Shown: one piece after another, positions 9,014 to 19,643 of the stretch
How the letters are laid out: each line of letters opens with the position of its first letter
How positions within the stretch are numbered: position 1 is the stretch's first letter
DNA from: Gemmatimonadales bacterium
GTDB taxonomy: Bacteria; Gemmatimonadota; Gemmatimonadetes; Gemmatimonadales; GWC2-71-9
Direction of reading: 5' to 3'
DNA: 39,980 nt
NCBI GenBank assembly: GCA_039794085.1
Contig: JBDIWC010000038.1
Span: 1-39,980, forward strand
Made by a program: the position numbers and the translations under genes
Notes under the pieces: generated by a model
Database searches by the model: none
The model's input: only the letters and a program-made list of their open reading frames with translations
Told to the model about the DNA's origin: nothing

Positions 9014-12000
9014 TCACTCCGGCGGATAGGCGAAGGCCCGGTTGGGATACGGCGGAGGCGGCGGCACCGGCCGCGGATCTTCCGCGATCTTCCCCCGTAA
9101 CCAGGCGATCGCCGCCTCGAGCTGGGCATCCTTCCCCCGGAACGTGGCATGGGGGAGGTTCTCCACCTCGATGTCGGGGATCACCCCCTCCTGTTCGATG
9201 AGCCATTGGCCCTCGGGACCATAGACCCCGTTCATCGGGGCGCGCGCCAGGCCGCCATCGCTCAACGTGTTCACCGAGCTCAGCCAGATTTCTCCTCCCC
9301 AGGTTCGCGATCCGATCACCGGCCCCAGCCCCAGGCGTCGGAATCCATCGGCGAAGGCCTCTCCATCGGAGGCGGTTTCCTGGTCCACCAGCACCACCAT
9401 GTGACCCCGAAAGGCGTAGTGCAGGTTCCAGTACGGGTCCCCCACCCTGGTCTTCCAGTACATCCACGCCTTGCGCATCAGCTTCTCCAGGATGAACGCG
9501 TCGATGTTCCCGCCCCGGTTCTGCCGCACATCGATGATGAGACCCTGGCGATTGAAGACCGGGTAGAACTCGCGGTACCACTGATTGATGTCGTTCCCTC
9601 CCATGGCCCGGAGATGGACGTACCCGATGGCATTGTCGCTCGCGGAATCAGTCTGCCGGCGGCGGGTCACCTCCCAATCGGTATAGCGGAGATTCGCCTC
9701 GTTGGTCATCGGCTCCACGATGACATCGCGGGCCCCGGTGCCCGACCCGATGGTCAGGAGCACCTGCTTCCCCGCCTGGTTGCGAAGGAGGGCTCCGATG
9801 TCGGGCGCGTCGAGCGTGGCCGCTCCGTTGACGGCGGTGATCACGTCCCCCGGCTCGATCCCGAGACCGGGATCGGCGAGGGGCGACCAGGTGTCGGGAT
9901 AATCGGGGTCGGCCTGGTAGATATGGTCGATCCGGTATCCGTTCCGCGCGGGATCCCGCATCAGCCGCGCGCCGAGTGAGGCCACCTGCACGTTGTCGGG
10001 ACCGCGGCGGAGGTCGCCCCCGCGGACCGCTGTGTGCAACGCCGAGAGTTCCCCGACCATCAAGCCGATCAGGTCGGACAGTTCATCGCGGGTGGTCACC
10101 CGGTCGACGAGGGGGAGGTGTTTGGTGAGGACTCCGTTCCAATCCACGCCGTGCATCCCGGGGTCGTAGAAGTAGTCCCGCTCGAGCCGCCACGCGTCGA
10201 CAAAGATCTGGCGCCAATCGTCCCGGACATCGATCGGGAAGCTCCACCCGGAGAGGTCCACCCGCGACTCGGCGAGGTTCGCGACCTTGGTCGGCTTCGC
10301 GTCGATCACGTGGAGTGCGTTGCCCTTTCGCAGCAGCAGCTTCTTTCCATCCATCGACAGCTCGACCGATCGCACGTCGTCCACGACGGCGACCGGCTTG
10401 GAATCGTTGCCGATCCGCACCGCCATCAGGTCGGTGTCGGGCGAGGGGCCTGAGCCCCGGGCCAGCCAGAACAGCGCCTCCCCATTCGCCACGAGCCCGG
10501 CGTAGTTCCCGGCCGGCACCGGCACCTTCCGCACTCTGCGCATGAGTCCCGCCGTGTCGATCTGGATCTGGACGGTGGAATCACGACCCCTGCGTGCCGC
10601 CTCTGCGGGCCCGTGGCGTTGGGCGATGAGTTCGTTGTCGGGCAGGAAACGGGAGCGGCTTCCTGCAGACCGGAGCGCCACTTCGTAGATCTCGAAGGCG
10701 TGGTCGAAATACGGCTCCGGCTGTCTCGACCCCCAGGGGGCGGCCACCAGGGTCTGCAGGTTTCGGTCGGAGAGAAAGTAGAGGAACTCCCCCTTCGGGT
10801 CCCAGGCGATGGAGCGGCTGTTGACCCGGTCGCTGGTCACGGTGACGGTCCGGTTGGTTTCGACGGCGTGCAGCTTGATCTGCTGAAAGGTGTTGGCCGC
10901 GGTCATCGTGAAGGCGAGCCATCGGCTGTCGGGCGACCAGGCGACGTCCCCGACTCCCTCCCGGTTCTCGGAGATCCGCCGTGTGGACCCGGTGGCCAGG
11001 TTCATGACCCAGAGATCGCGGTTGTTGTCGGTCCAGGCGATCCATTGCGCGTCGGGCGATGGCGTTCCCCGGAACCGGAGGATCTGGCCATCGCGTGTCA
11101 ACGCCGAGTCAGGCCCGATACCGTTGGCGGGGATCCGGGTGAACTCCAGCTCGCCCGAGGCATCGGAGAGGCCGAGCAGTGTCCGGCCGTCGGGCATGAA
11201 GACGACATCCCGGAACCGGACGCTGTCCTGTCGCGAGGCCCGGACCAGGCGTCCCTGCGTGACGGGAGCGACGAACACCCGTCCCCGGCTGGTCAGCACC
11301 ACGCGGTCGCCGTCCGGCGAGAGGTGTGCCGAGGAGAGAGAGGTCATTGGATCGGTCACCCACCGGTCGCGCAACTGGTCGAGGTCGGAGGCGATGGTGA
11401 TGGAGACGGGTGCCGACTGATCCCGCGCGATATCATGCAGCCAGAGATCGGCGCCGAGCTGATAGACGATGCGTCCCTGATCGAGGGACGGCGTCCGCAC
11501 GTCCCACCCGGAGTGACGGGTGTGCTGCCGCAGGTCCCGGCCCTGCTCATCCATCGACCAGAGGTTCATGGTGCCGTCGCGGTCGCTCACGAACCAGACC
11601 CGTCCGTTCCACCACATGGGCGAGTGACTCTCCCCCCGATAGTCGCCGGTCAGCTCGGTGGCCTCGGCGTCCCCAGTGGTGAACTTCCAGATCCGCCGTG
11701 CCGTGCCTCCGGTGTAGCGCTTGGTCACGTTGTTGTGGAAGCCGGGTCGCACGAAATAGAGCGTCCGGCCGGAGGCATCCCAGGTGCCTTCCGAGGCGCC
11801 GGCGAGGGGGAGGAGGGTGCGAAGCCGGGTCGCGGGGTCGAGCGCCACAAGTTGCAGTTTCGGGATGCCCGAGTAGTGGGTCGTGGCGTAGACCACCTTG
11901 CCATCGGGGGTCCAGCTGGTGGGAGTCGCCGTTTCGGCGTCCCAGGTCCAGCGGGTGGGAACTCCGCCGCTCAGGGGGATGGTGTAGAGCGCGGCCGGAC

Positions 12001-12271
12001 CCTCGTACCGGGCGGTGAACGCCACGGTGCGTCCGTCGGGCGAGAGGACGGGGTTCGACTCCTCCGCGGGGTGGCTGGTGAGTCGGCGCGCGAGGCCGCC
12101 ACCGGTGCCAACGGTCCAGAGGTCTCCCTCCGCGGTGAAGACGATGGTTTCGCCGCGGATCGCGGGATCGCGGTAGAAGCCGTTCAATCCGGTCGCGGCA
12201 GGATCTCCCTGGGCGGAGAGGAACGCGGGGGCGACGAGGAGGAGGGCAAGAAAGATCCAGGGGCGGCGCAT
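9014..12271 (-). CDS. Tricorn-like S41 family protease, secreted
   Basis: Signal peptide; beta-propeller repeats (PVLSPDGRTVAF), PDZ-like region, GYVHL, IIDVRQNRGG, TASDGE, GSRTWGG. Confidence 0.92.
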   Translation of the reverse strand: MRRPWIFLALLLVAPAFLSAQGDPAATGLNGFYRDPAIRGETIVFTAEGDLWTVGTGGGLARRLTSHPAEESNPVLSPDGRTVAFTARYEGPAALYTIPLSGGVPTRWTWDAETATPTSWTPDGKVVYATTHYSGIPKLQLVALDPATRLRTLLPLAGASEGTWDASGRTLYFVRPGFHNNVTKRYTGGTARRIWKFTTGDAEATELTGDYRGESHSPMWWNGRVWFVSDRDGTMNLWSMDEQGRDLRQHTRHSGWDVRTPSLDQGRIVYQLGADLWLHDIARDQSAPVSITIASDLDQLRDRWVTDPMTSLSSAHLSPDGDRVVLTSRGRVFVAPVTQGRLVRASRQDSVRFRDVVFMPDGRTLLGLSDASGELEFTRIPANGIGPDSALTRDGQILRFRGTPSPDAQWIAWTDNNRDLWVMNLATGSTRRISENREGVGDVAWSPDSRWLAFTMTAANTFQQIKLHAVETNRTVTVTSDRVNSRSIAWDPKGEFLYFLSDRNLQTLVAAPWGSRQPEPYFDHAFEIYEVALRSAGSRSRFLPDNELIAQRHGPAEAARRGRDSTVQIQIDTAGLMRRVRKVPVPAGNYAGLVANGEALFWLARGSGPSPDTDLMAVRIGNDSKPVAVVDDVRSVELSMDGKKLLLRKGNALHVIDAKPTKVANLAESRVDLSGWSFPIDVRDDWRQIFVDAWRLERDYFYDPGMHGVDWNGVLTKHLPLVDRVTTRDELSDLIGLMVGELSALHTAVRGGDLRRGPDNVQVASLGARLMRDPARNGYRIDHIYQADPDYPDTWSPLADPGLGIEPGDVITAVNGAATLDAPDIGALLRNQAGKQVLLTIGSGTGARDVIVEPMTNEANLRYTDWEVTRRRQTDSASDNAIGYVHLRAMGGNDINQWYREFYPVFNRQGLIIDVRQNRGGNIDAFILEKLMRKAWMYWKTRVGDPYWNLHYAFRGHMVVLVDQETASDGEAFADGFRRLGLGPVIGSRTWGGEIWLSSVNTLSDGGLARAPMNGVYGPEGQWLIEQEGVIPDIEVENLPHATFRGKDAQLEAAIAWLRGKIAEDPRPVPPPPPYPNRAFAYPPE

Positions 12272-12295
12272 CGGACTCTCCTGACGGAGGAAGTT

Positions 12296-12875
12296 GTAGG
12301 GGCGAATCATATTCGCCCGGGCTCCGGAATCCGAGCGCACATCGGAGCGTCGCCCCGGCGGAAACCGGGGTCCATTCTCACCCGGGCATGGATTCCGGCG
12401 TGCGCCGGAATGACGGCCCGTACGCACCTGAAGTCCAGGCCCTCTCCGCACCGTCCCGCATGCACCGGCGGCCAGGCCCTTCACGGAGCGTCACCCCGGC
12501 GGAAGCCGGGGTCCATTCTCACCCCGGGCATGGATTCCGGCGTGGAGTTCGGGAAATCCCGGGGCTCACGCCCCTTGCTCGGCCCTGTGAGGTGGCTGAC
12601 GCCACCCGGCACGCCCTCACCACCGGGGCCCTACCGCCTGCCAGCCACCGCCTATCGCCTGCAAGGGAGCGTCACCCCGGCGGTAGCCGGGGTCCGTTCC
12701 CACCCGGGCATGGATTCCGGCGTAGACTTCGGGAAATCCCGGGGCTCACGCCACCCGGGAACGCCCTCACCCCTGGTCCCTCTCCCGCCCGGCGGGGGCT
12801 GGAGGAGTGAGTGGAGAGGAGTGAGGAGAGAGAGGAGATTCGATCTCACTTCTCACTCCTCTTCCCTCTCTCCTC
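12296..12875 (+). repeat. Dense repeat cluster: GTAG REP (12296-12318), three CGTC doublets (12348-12415, 12489-12543, 12670-12723), family-B fragments, CCCTCACCCC-type motif and purine/pyrimidine heptamer hairpin (12801-12875)
   Basis: Direct sequence matches to other copies in the window. Confidence 0.85.
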
Positions 12876-13062
12876 GAAGGGGCACCTGAAATTCCGCTCC
12901 CTTTCGGAGAGCCCCCGAACTCGTGAACCCCGGAATGTCGGTGGACTGTCATACACAATGATCCATCGGGACTACTCCTCGCTTCATCCCAATGAGCGAT
13001 AGGATCGCCGTGCCGTGTCCAGTAGCATTCCCTCATAGAATCGAGACCGACCCCTTTCCACG

Positions 13063-13455
13063 ATGACCGAGAAACCGATGACATCCTCCGGCACATTCGA
13101 TCCCGAATCGGACACTGGCTACCGACTGGAACAACTCGCTGGCGCCTTTGACCGGGTGCGGCATTCACGAGATTGGAGGGGGCCGATTCGGGCGGTGATT
13201 CCGGCTGAGGATCGCTCCCTGGTGGAGAAGGCCGTCCTCTGGTTCATGAACACCGCCCCGGCCTTCGAACCCCTCCCCGGTGAGGACGACCGCCTGGTGG
13301 TGACGGCTCCGGGGTCTCCCACCCCGACGGCCACGACCCGGTCTCTTCCTTCACCCCCGGTTGAGTCGCAGCCCACCCAACCCCGTGCCCAGGAGGGCGA
13401 GGACGACCCGAGTGATGACCCGTGGGGATTGGATGGTCGCCTCGCCGCACGATAG
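13063..13455 (+). CDS. Hypothetical protein
   Basis: 130-aa ORF with plausible globular N-terminal part and Pro/acidic tail; co-oriented with downstream genes. Confidence 0.55.
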   Translation: MTEKPMTSSGTFDPESDTGYRLEQLAGAFDRVRHSRDWRGPIRAVIPAEDRSLVEKAVLWFMNTAPAFEPLPGEDDRLVVTAPGSPTPTATTRSLPSPPVESQPTQPRAQEGEDDPSDDPWGLDGRLAAR

Positions 13456-13560
13456 CACCGCCTCTCCACTCGACCTTCAACCGGACGCGCAGACCAGATC
13501 CGTCCGGTCGATCCACAGCGCCTCGAGTCCTGCCGGTGTCACTACTTTCCGGAGTGTCCA

Positions 13561-14952
13561 ATGCACACAATCAAGGTTGATCTCGCGGTCCTCGGCGGGG
13601 GCATGGCCGGGCTCCCCATCGCCCACACGGCGGCGGCCGCGGGTCAGCGCACCGTCCTGTGCGAGCAGGAGCTGCTGGGCGGCACCTGCCTCAACCGGGG
13701 CTGCATTCCGACCAAGACCCTGATTGAATCGGCCCGCGTGGCGCACCTGGTGAGGACCGCCGGTCGGTTCGGTGTCGAGGCCGCCGAACCCGGGATCGAT
13801 CTGGCCGCGATCGTCAAGCGGAAGAACGAGATCGTGGAAGGCGCCCGGGCCATGATGTACACGCGAGCCAGAAGCAGCGATAACCTGACCCTGATCGAGG
13901 AGCGGGCCGTGTTCGAGGGGCCCGGGCGGCTCTGCGTCGGGGACACGAGGGTCGAGGCCGATCGCATCATCATCAATACGGGAGCCCGCCCCACTCTCCC
14001 CACGGTGAAGGGGCTGGCCGACCTCCCCTACCTCACCAGCCGGACCCTGCTCGACGTCACCGAGTTGCCGCCCTCGCTGCTCGTCGTGGGAGGTGGGTAT
14101 GTCGGGTGCGAGTTCGCCCAGATGTTCTCCCGGTTCGGATCGAAGGTGACCATCCTGCAGAAAGCCGCTCAACTCCTGGCCGAGGAGGGAACGGCGGTGG
14201 CCGAGACGGTGACCGAGGTGCTGCGGGGCGAGGGGATCCACGTGCTTCTCAACGCCCAGGTGACGGAGGCCGAGCGGACCGGTGACGGCATCCGCCTCAC
14301 CTCCCGCGTGAACGGAAACACCCGGGCGGTGGAGGGATCGGCCGTGCTGATCGCCGTGGGCCGCACCCCGAACTCGGATGAGCTCAACCTGGATGCGGTG
14401 GGGGTGGACCGGGACGCCCAGGGGTTCATCGTCGTCGATGACGGATTCCAGACCAGCGGGGAGGGCATCTGGGCGATTGGGGACGTGGTCGGGGGACCGA
14501 TGTTCACCCACAGCGCCCGCGACGATGCGGACCTGCTGTACCGCCGGATCTTCACGGGCGAGGATGTCACGACCCGAGGACGCCAGGTACCCTTTGCGAT
14601 CTTTACCGACCCGGAGGTCGCCGCCGTCGGTTTGACCGAGGAAGCGGCCCGGCGGCAGGGGTACCGGGTGATCGTCGGTACTCATCCGTTCGCCAAGGTG
14701 GGCCGGGCCCTGGCCATGGGATCGACCCAGGGCTTCGTCGCCCTGGTGGCCGAGGCCGGAACCGGCACGCTGCTCGGGGCGCAGATCGTGGGGCCGCACG
14801 CGGGGGAGCTGATCCATGAGATGGTGCTGGCGCTCGAGATGGGTGCGACCTGCCTGCAGATCAGCCGCAGCATGCATGTGCACCCCACGCTCGCGGAGGG
14901 GATCCAGTCGGCCGCGACCGTGGTCGTCAAGGAGCTGTCCGCGGGACGTTGA
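13561..14952 (+). CDS. Class I pyridine nucleotide-disulfide oxidoreductase (dihydrolipoamide dehydrogenase/mercuric reductase-like)
   Basis: GGGMAG, GGTCLNRGCIPTK redox disulfide, GGGYVGCE, AIGD, HPTLAE. Confidence 0.9.
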   Translation: MHTIKVDLAVLGGGMAGLPIAHTAAAAGQRTVLCEQELLGGTCLNRGCIPTKTLIESARVAHLVRTAGRFGVEAAEPGIDLAAIVKRKNEIVEGARAMMYTRARSSDNLTLIEERAVFEGPGRLCVGDTRVEADRIIINTGARPTLPTVKGLADLPYLTSRTLLDVTELPPSLLVVGGGYVGCEFAQMFSRFGSKVTILQKAAQLLAEEGTAVAETVTEVLRGEGIHVLLNAQVTEAERTGDGIRLTSRVNGNTRAVEGSAVLIAVGRTPNSDELNLDAVGVDRDAQGFIVVDDGFQTSGEGIWAIGDVVGGPMFTHSARDDADLLYRRIFTGEDVTTRGRQVPFAIFTDPEVAAVGLTEEAARRQGYRVIVGTHPFAKVGRALAMGSTQGFVALVAEAGTGTLLGAQIVGPHAGELIHEMVLALEMGATCLQISRSMHVHPTLAEGIQSAATVVVKELSAGR

Positions 14953-15041
14953 TCTGCGGCGGGGCAGGCTGGACGGCCATGAGAGCAGTTGGTATACCTA
15001 TAGCACTCGCTTCGCCGATCACCGCAGCAAGGAACGACCCC

Positions 15042-16418
15042 ATGACGCACCCCACCATCGACCCCGCCACGGGGCAGACCATCGCCACTCACCCCGAACT
15101 CACGACGCCTGAGCTCCGCAGCAAAATCGCCGAGACCCACAAGACATTCCTCCACTGGCGCGACATCCCCATTGCCTCCCGCTCCGAGCCGATGCGCGCC
15201 GCCGCCGGGATCCTCCGGGACCGGGCTCGGCCGCTTGCCGAACTCATGGCGCGCGAAATGGGGAAGCCGGTGACCCAGGGGCGGAGCGAGGTGGAGAAGT
15301 GTGCCTGGGTCTGCGAGTACTACGCGGAACACGCGGAGAGCTTTCTGGCCCCGGAGGTGGTCTCCACCGACGCCGCTCGGAGCTATGTCACCTTCCGGCC
15401 GCTCGGCGTCATCTTCGCCATCATGCCGTGGAACTTCCCGCTCTGGCAGGTATTCCGTGCCGCGGCCCCGGCCCTCATGGGTGGGAACGGGATGGTACTC
15501 AAGCACGCGGAGAACGTGCCGGGGTGCGCCGAGGCGATCGCGGAGATCTTCCGGGACGCCGGATTTCCGGTGAGTCTCTTTCAGAATCTGGCCATCGGGC
15601 GGGACCGGGCGAAGCTGGTGATCCGGCACCGGCAGGTCGCCGCCGTCACCTTCACCGGGAGCACCGCCGCGGGCAAGGCGGTGGCGAAGGAGGCCGGAGC
15701 CCGTCTCAAGAAGTGCGTCCTGGAGCTCGGCGGGAGCGACCCCTATCTGATCCTGGCCGATGCCGATCTCGATCGCGCCGTGGAAGCGTGTGCCACGAGC
15801 CGGCTCATCAATGCGGGGCAGAGCTGCATCGCGGCCAAGAGATTCCTCGTGGTGGAGCGGGTGCGCGCCGAGTTCGAGCGGCGGCTGGTGGAGCGGATGA
15901 GCCGAGTGCGGATGGGGAACCCCCGGGAGGAGAGCACCGAACTCGGACCCCTGGCCCGCGCCGATCTCCGGGAAACCCTGCATGAGCAGGTGGATCGGAG
16001 CATCGAGAAGGGAGCGCGACTGCTGCTCGGGGGAACCGTGCCCGAGGGTCCCGGCTTCTTCTATCCGCCCACGGTCCTCACCGACGTGAAGAAGGGGATG
16101 CCGGCCTACGGCGAAGAGCTGTTCGGACCGGTCGCCGCGATCATTCCGGTCAAGACCGCGGCCGCGGCCATCAGGGCGGCCAACGATTCCCCCTTCGGGC
16201 TCGGCGCGGCGGTGTTCACCGGCAACACGGAGCGCGGTGAGGAGATCGCCGCCACGAAGCTGGAGGCGGGGTCGTGCGTCGTGAATGAGTTCGTGCGGTC
16301 GGACCCTCGGCTTCCGTTCGGCGGTATCAAGGAGAGCGGGTTCGGGCGCGAGCTGGGACGATACGGGATGCTGGAGTTTCAGAATGTGAAGACGGTGGTG
16401 GTAGGGGGCAGGGAGTAG
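15042..16418 (+). CDS. NAD(P)-dependent succinate-semialdehyde dehydrogenase-like aldehyde dehydrogenase
   Basis: IMPWNFP, LKHA, FTGS, LELGGSDP, NAGQSCIA, EELFGP, PFGGIKESGFGRE. Confidence 0.9.
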   Translation: MTHPTIDPATGQTIATHPELTTPELRSKIAETHKTFLHWRDIPIASRSEPMRAAAGILRDRARPLAELMAREMGKPVTQGRSEVEKCAWVCEYYAEHAESFLAPEVVSTDAARSYVTFRPLGVIFAIMPWNFPLWQVFRAAAPALMGGNGMVLKHAENVPGCAEAIAEIFRDAGFPVSLFQNLAIGRDRAKLVIRHRQVAAVTFTGSTAAGKAVAKEAGARLKKCVLELGGSDPYLILADADLDRAVEACATSRLINAGQSCIAAKRFLVVERVRAEFERRLVERMSRVRMGNPREESTELGPLARADLRETLHEQVDRSIEKGARLLLGGTVPEGPGFFYPPTVLTDVKKGMPAYGEELFGPVAAIIPVKTAAAAIRAANDSPFGLGAAVFTGNTERGEEIAATKLEAGSCVVNEFVRSDPRLPFGGIKESGFGRELGRYGMLEFQNVKTVVVGGRE

Positions 16419-16435
16419 GGAGTAGGGAATAGGGT

Positions 16436-16641
16436 GTAGGGGCGAACGGCGTTCGCCTGCGCCCCGGAATCCGAGCCCCTCACGGAGCGTCACCCCGGCG
16501 AAAGCGCCCTCACCCCCGGCCCCTCTCCCAGAGGAAGAGGGGGGATCGGGCCCTCGTAATACCCGGCGTCCATTCCCCGCCCGAGCATGGATTCCAGCGT
16601 ACGCCGGAATGAGGGCCATGGGCACCTGGAATCCCGCCCGC
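16436..16641 (+). repeat. ~205-bp mosaic repeat, copy 1 (GTAG REP + CGTC doublet interrupted by CCCTCACCCCCGGCCCCTCTCCC hairpin element)
   Basis: Direct repeat of 18457-18662; preceded by AGTAGGG heptamers. Confidence 0.85.
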
Positions 16642-16678
16642 ATGCCGGAGAGACGGACCGTGCGAGTGGCACTGAGCC

Positions 16679-18367
16679 CTACCTCGCGGTTCCTGCGGCG
16701 TGATCCTGGGCCCCGTCGAGCTCCGTGGCCCTCCGCCGAGCCGCGTCCACGACGGCGTGTGGCGCGCCCGCCGCCTCGAGGAGTGCCAGGGCAGTCCGGC
16801 TGCTGGCCGGTCCCTTTCGCCGACGATAGTCGAAGGTCAGCCCCTCCGGTCCCATCGTTTCCCGAAAGTGCCAGGGCTCATAGACATCGCGTAGCATCGG
16901 CACCAGTTCCCCATCGTGCGTGGCCACGATCACCGCGTGGTCCGATCGCTGGCCGCAGCTATCTAACAGCGCGCGGAGCACCGCCTCGCCCGCCGCCAGA
17001 CGCTCGATGGTGTTGGTGCCCCGGAGGAGTTCATCGAGGAGGAAAATCGTCGGGGTGTGGCTCTGTGATTCCTGCAGGAGCTCCACGACCCCTTCGGCCT
17101 CGACCTGGTAGTAGCTCTTTCCCGCCGAGAGGTCGTCGCTCCGCCCGATGAGGCTCCGGACGCGAAAGGCGCGACCGTGCCAGGACGTGGCAGGACAGGT
17201 GTTCAGGGATCTCGCCAGCACGGCGGCGATTCCGATCGACCGCAGGTAGGTGGTCTTCCCCGACATGTTGGCGCCGGTAATCACCATTCCGACACCAGCC
17301 TCCAGAGTGGCGTCATTCCCCACCGGCACCTTGATGAGTGGATGCCACACGCCGACCAGCTCGGCCCGGGTCTCTTCCGTCCACCCGGGGGCCACCCACG
17401 ATCGGGGTTCAGCCCGGAGAGACGCAACCGTCAGGGCAACATCCACGTCACCCACCCAGGTAGCGACCCTTTCCAGCACCGGAGCCAGTCGGCGCAGATG
17501 GCGTGCACTGAACACCAGGGCATTGGCATCCAGGACCAGGAGGAGGTTGAGATACTCATACACACTCGCAACGATATCGCCCGATGACACCGGATCACGG
17601 CTGACCCACGACGCGATTCGCCGCAGGGGGCGGAGGCGCTCCACCTCTTGGGCAACGAGATCCCCCTCTTCGTCCCCCATCCCGGGCACCCGCACCAGCC
17701 TCTCCGCCGTTCTGATGAGGGGGCCCATCTGCCGGATGGGAGCCAGGATGGAGGGGATCTGCCACGCTGTGGCCATCCGAACCACCAGGTTGATGACCGC
17801 GAGGGCACCGACCACCAGAAGAGCGCGCGGTTCGAAGGCGCTCACGACCGCGCTCGCCACCATCGTCCCCGCGAGGAAGGGGAAGAACCAGTACCACCAG
17901 CGTGCCTGGATCAGATCGGGCCGGGTTATCACCCAGAGACCCCGGCCCATGGGTCGGCCCGCGGAGGCGAGCTGGATCCCGACCTCCTCCCGCAACTGCT
18001 GCTCCCGCCCGAAGCGCTGCGCGAGCCGTTCGAGGTGCGGCGTGTCGCTCCATGCGGTGGCCGCCCGAAGGCGTCGATAGAGCATCTGACGCCCGAGCCC
18101 GGTGTGGGTCCGGTCGACAGTGGCGAGGACGGCATCGAGATCGAGGTCGGACCAAGTGCGGTCGTCGAGACCCTGTGCGAGACCCCGTCCCCGCTCCAGC
18201 TCCTCCCATGCCTCCGCCGCGTCGTCGTCGTCCAGCCGTCGCGGTGAGAGCGGCACTCCCCATGCCCGTCGGAGACGAGCGACGAGTTGCCGCCTCTGCC
18301 ACCAGGAGTGCATGGCAAGCGCGGCACCAGCCAGCGCCAGGATGGGGATCACCACGGCAGGATTCAT
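16679..18367 (-). CDS. Membrane-anchored MutS-family ATPase (domain V; MutS-related protein)
   Basis: N-terminal and central TM helices; ITGANMSGKTTYLR Walker A, GKSYYQVE, LDELLRGTN, ATHD; lacks mismatch-binding domain. Confidence 0.85.
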   Translation of the reverse strand: MNPAVVIPILALAGAALAMHSWWQRRQLVARLRRAWGVPLSPRRLDDDDAAEAWEELERGRGLAQGLDDRTWSDLDLDAVLATVDRTHTGLGRQMLYRRLRAATAWSDTPHLERLAQRFGREQQLREEVGIQLASAGRPMGRGLWVITRPDLIQARWWYWFFPFLAGTMVASAVVSAFEPRALLVVGALAVINLVVRMATAWQIPSILAPIRQMGPLIRTAERLVRVPGMGDEEGDLVAQEVERLRPLRRIASWVSRDPVSSGDIVASVYEYLNLLLVLDANALVFSARHLRRLAPVLERVATWVGDVDVALTVASLRAEPRSWVAPGWTEETRAELVGVWHPLIKVPVGNDATLEAGVGMVITGANMSGKTTYLRSIGIAAVLARSLNTCPATSWHGRAFRVRSLIGRSDDLSAGKSYYQVEAEGVVELLQESQSHTPTIFLLDELLRGTNTIERLAAGEAVLRALLDSCGQRSDHAVIVATHDGELVPMLRDVYEPWHFRETMGPEGLTFDYRRRKGPASSRTALALLEAAGAPHAVVDAARRRATELDGAQDHAAGTAR

Positions 18368-18456
18368 GGAAGGGAAGTGTGAAGTGTGACGGTGGAAATG
18401 GGAAGTAGGGGCGACGAGATAAACCGTGGGCGGTAGGAAGGGACAGGGAATGGGGC

Positions 18457-18662
18457 GTAGGAGCGAATCACATTCGCCCGGGCACCTGAACCTGAGCCCC
18501 TCACGAAACGTCACCCCGGCGAACGCGCCCTCACCCCCGGCCCCTCTCCCAGAGGAAGAGGGGGGATCGGGCCCTCGCAATACCCGGCGTCCATTTCCCG
18601 CCCGAGCATGGATTCCGGCGTACGCCGGAATGACGGCCCGTGGGCATCCGAAGCCCGCCCGC
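18457..18662 (+). repeat. ~205-bp mosaic repeat, copy 2
   Basis: Direct repeat of 16436-16641. Confidence 0.85.
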
Positions 18663-18722
18663 CGCAAGCGGCCCAGCCACTGATCAATGAACAATGTTCA
18701 AGGAACAATGAACAGAAGACAA

Positions 18723-19076
18723 TTACGAGATCAGCGCCCAGACCGGCGGGAAACTCAACACCAGTCCCAACGCGATGAGAACCGTCATCCAAACCGCCAC
18801 GCGTCCCGGCGCGACGTGGCGGCCCTTCCACCGGTGATGCAGCACCGCCCAGGCGATCAGCCAGAGTGCGGCGGCGAGTGCGGTGCGGCCCGTCACACCT
18901 CCGGACGGGGCATAAAGAGTCGGCGGGGTGAAGACGCCGAGTTCGTTGAGGATGATCACGAAGCCCATGGCGAAGGCACCGATGCCAGCACCCAGGAAGG
19001 CGGCCAGGGCGGCACCGTTGGGGGAAGCGTCGTTCCGATAAGCGGTGGATTCCATCGTTCCGGCCTTTCCGGTCAC
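18723..19076 (-). CDS. Hypothetical membrane protein (about 3 TM)
   Basis: Hydrophobic helices; GTGA coupling to upstream gene (alternative ATG 19055). Confidence 0.75.
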   Translation of the reverse strand: MTGKAGTMESTAYRNDASPNGAALAAFLGAGIGAFAMGFVIILNELGVFTPPTLYAPSGGVTGRTALAAALWLIAWAVLHHRWKGRHVAPGRVAVWMTVLIALGLVLSFPPVWALIS

Positions 19077-19615
19077 TCGAGGGGAGCGACCTTGTTGATG
19101 AACACGCCGAGGAGCGACACGAAGGAGACGAGGAGAAAGCAGATGGCGAGGAGGGTCGTCGCCATCCGCCTCAAAACTCGGTCTCGCAGGAGTTGCGCCT
19201 GGTAACGGACCGCGACAAAGGCCACCGCCGTGGCGAGCATGGCGGCAATCCAGGGGACGTGCTCCTTGATCTCCATCGCGAAGGAGTGCAACCAGCCGGT
19301 GTCGGGGTTGGACCGGATCAGCGCCCGGGGGTACTGGCTCAGATCCAGAAGCCCCTCGGGCGGCGCGGCCCGGTAGGGCGGGAAGGAGATGTAGGTCCCG
19401 ACCATCACCGTGAGCCAGAGGAGGCCGGCGATGATCACGGTGAGCTGGGCCAGCTTCCGCGCCTGGCGCCCCATCTCGGCGTCGGGCACCCCGTCGGCCC
19501 CCATGGCATGCAGGGAATAGAGCGCCGCGAAGAGCCCCATCAGGGCGCCTCCACCCAGCGCAATTCCGTGCACCATCGTCCAGATGCTGCGTTCACTGAA
19601 GAGCAGGAGATCCAT
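19073..19615 (-). CDS. Hypothetical membrane protein (about 4 TM, MEIKEH motif)
   Basis: Four hydrophobic segments with His residues (TMVHG, WLHSFAMEIKEH); ATG 19615. Confidence 0.75.
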   Translation of the reverse strand: MDLLLFSERSIWTMVHGIALGGGALMGLFAALYSLHAMGADGVPDAEMGRQARKLAQLTVIIAGLLWLTVMVGTYISFPPYRAAPPEGLLDLSQYPRALIRSNPDTGWLHSFAMEIKEHVPWIAAMLATAVAFVAVRYQAQLLRDRVLRRMATTLLAICFLLVSFVSLLGVFINKVAPLE

Positions 19616-19643
19616 CTTCGGTTCGTCCTGGTGAGGGGGGTAT

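Noticed and set aside
12272..12484. N-terminal ORF-track extensions of tricorn, MutS-like, M55, GIY-YIG and ureohydrolase genes
   Set aside because: Extensions run through repeats or neighbouring genes; downstream starts have an RBS and/or signal peptide
12296..12760. CRISPR array suggested by recurring palindromic repeats
   Set aside because: Repeats are long, degenerate and irregularly spaced, lack unique equal-length spacers, are dispersed across the window, and no cas genes are present
13561..14952. Mercuric reductase MerA
   Set aside because: No C-terminal Cys-Cys pair, no NmerA domain and no mer operon context
16679..18367. Canonical mismatch-repair mutS
   Set aside because: Too short, has TM helices and lacks the N-terminal mismatch-recognition domain
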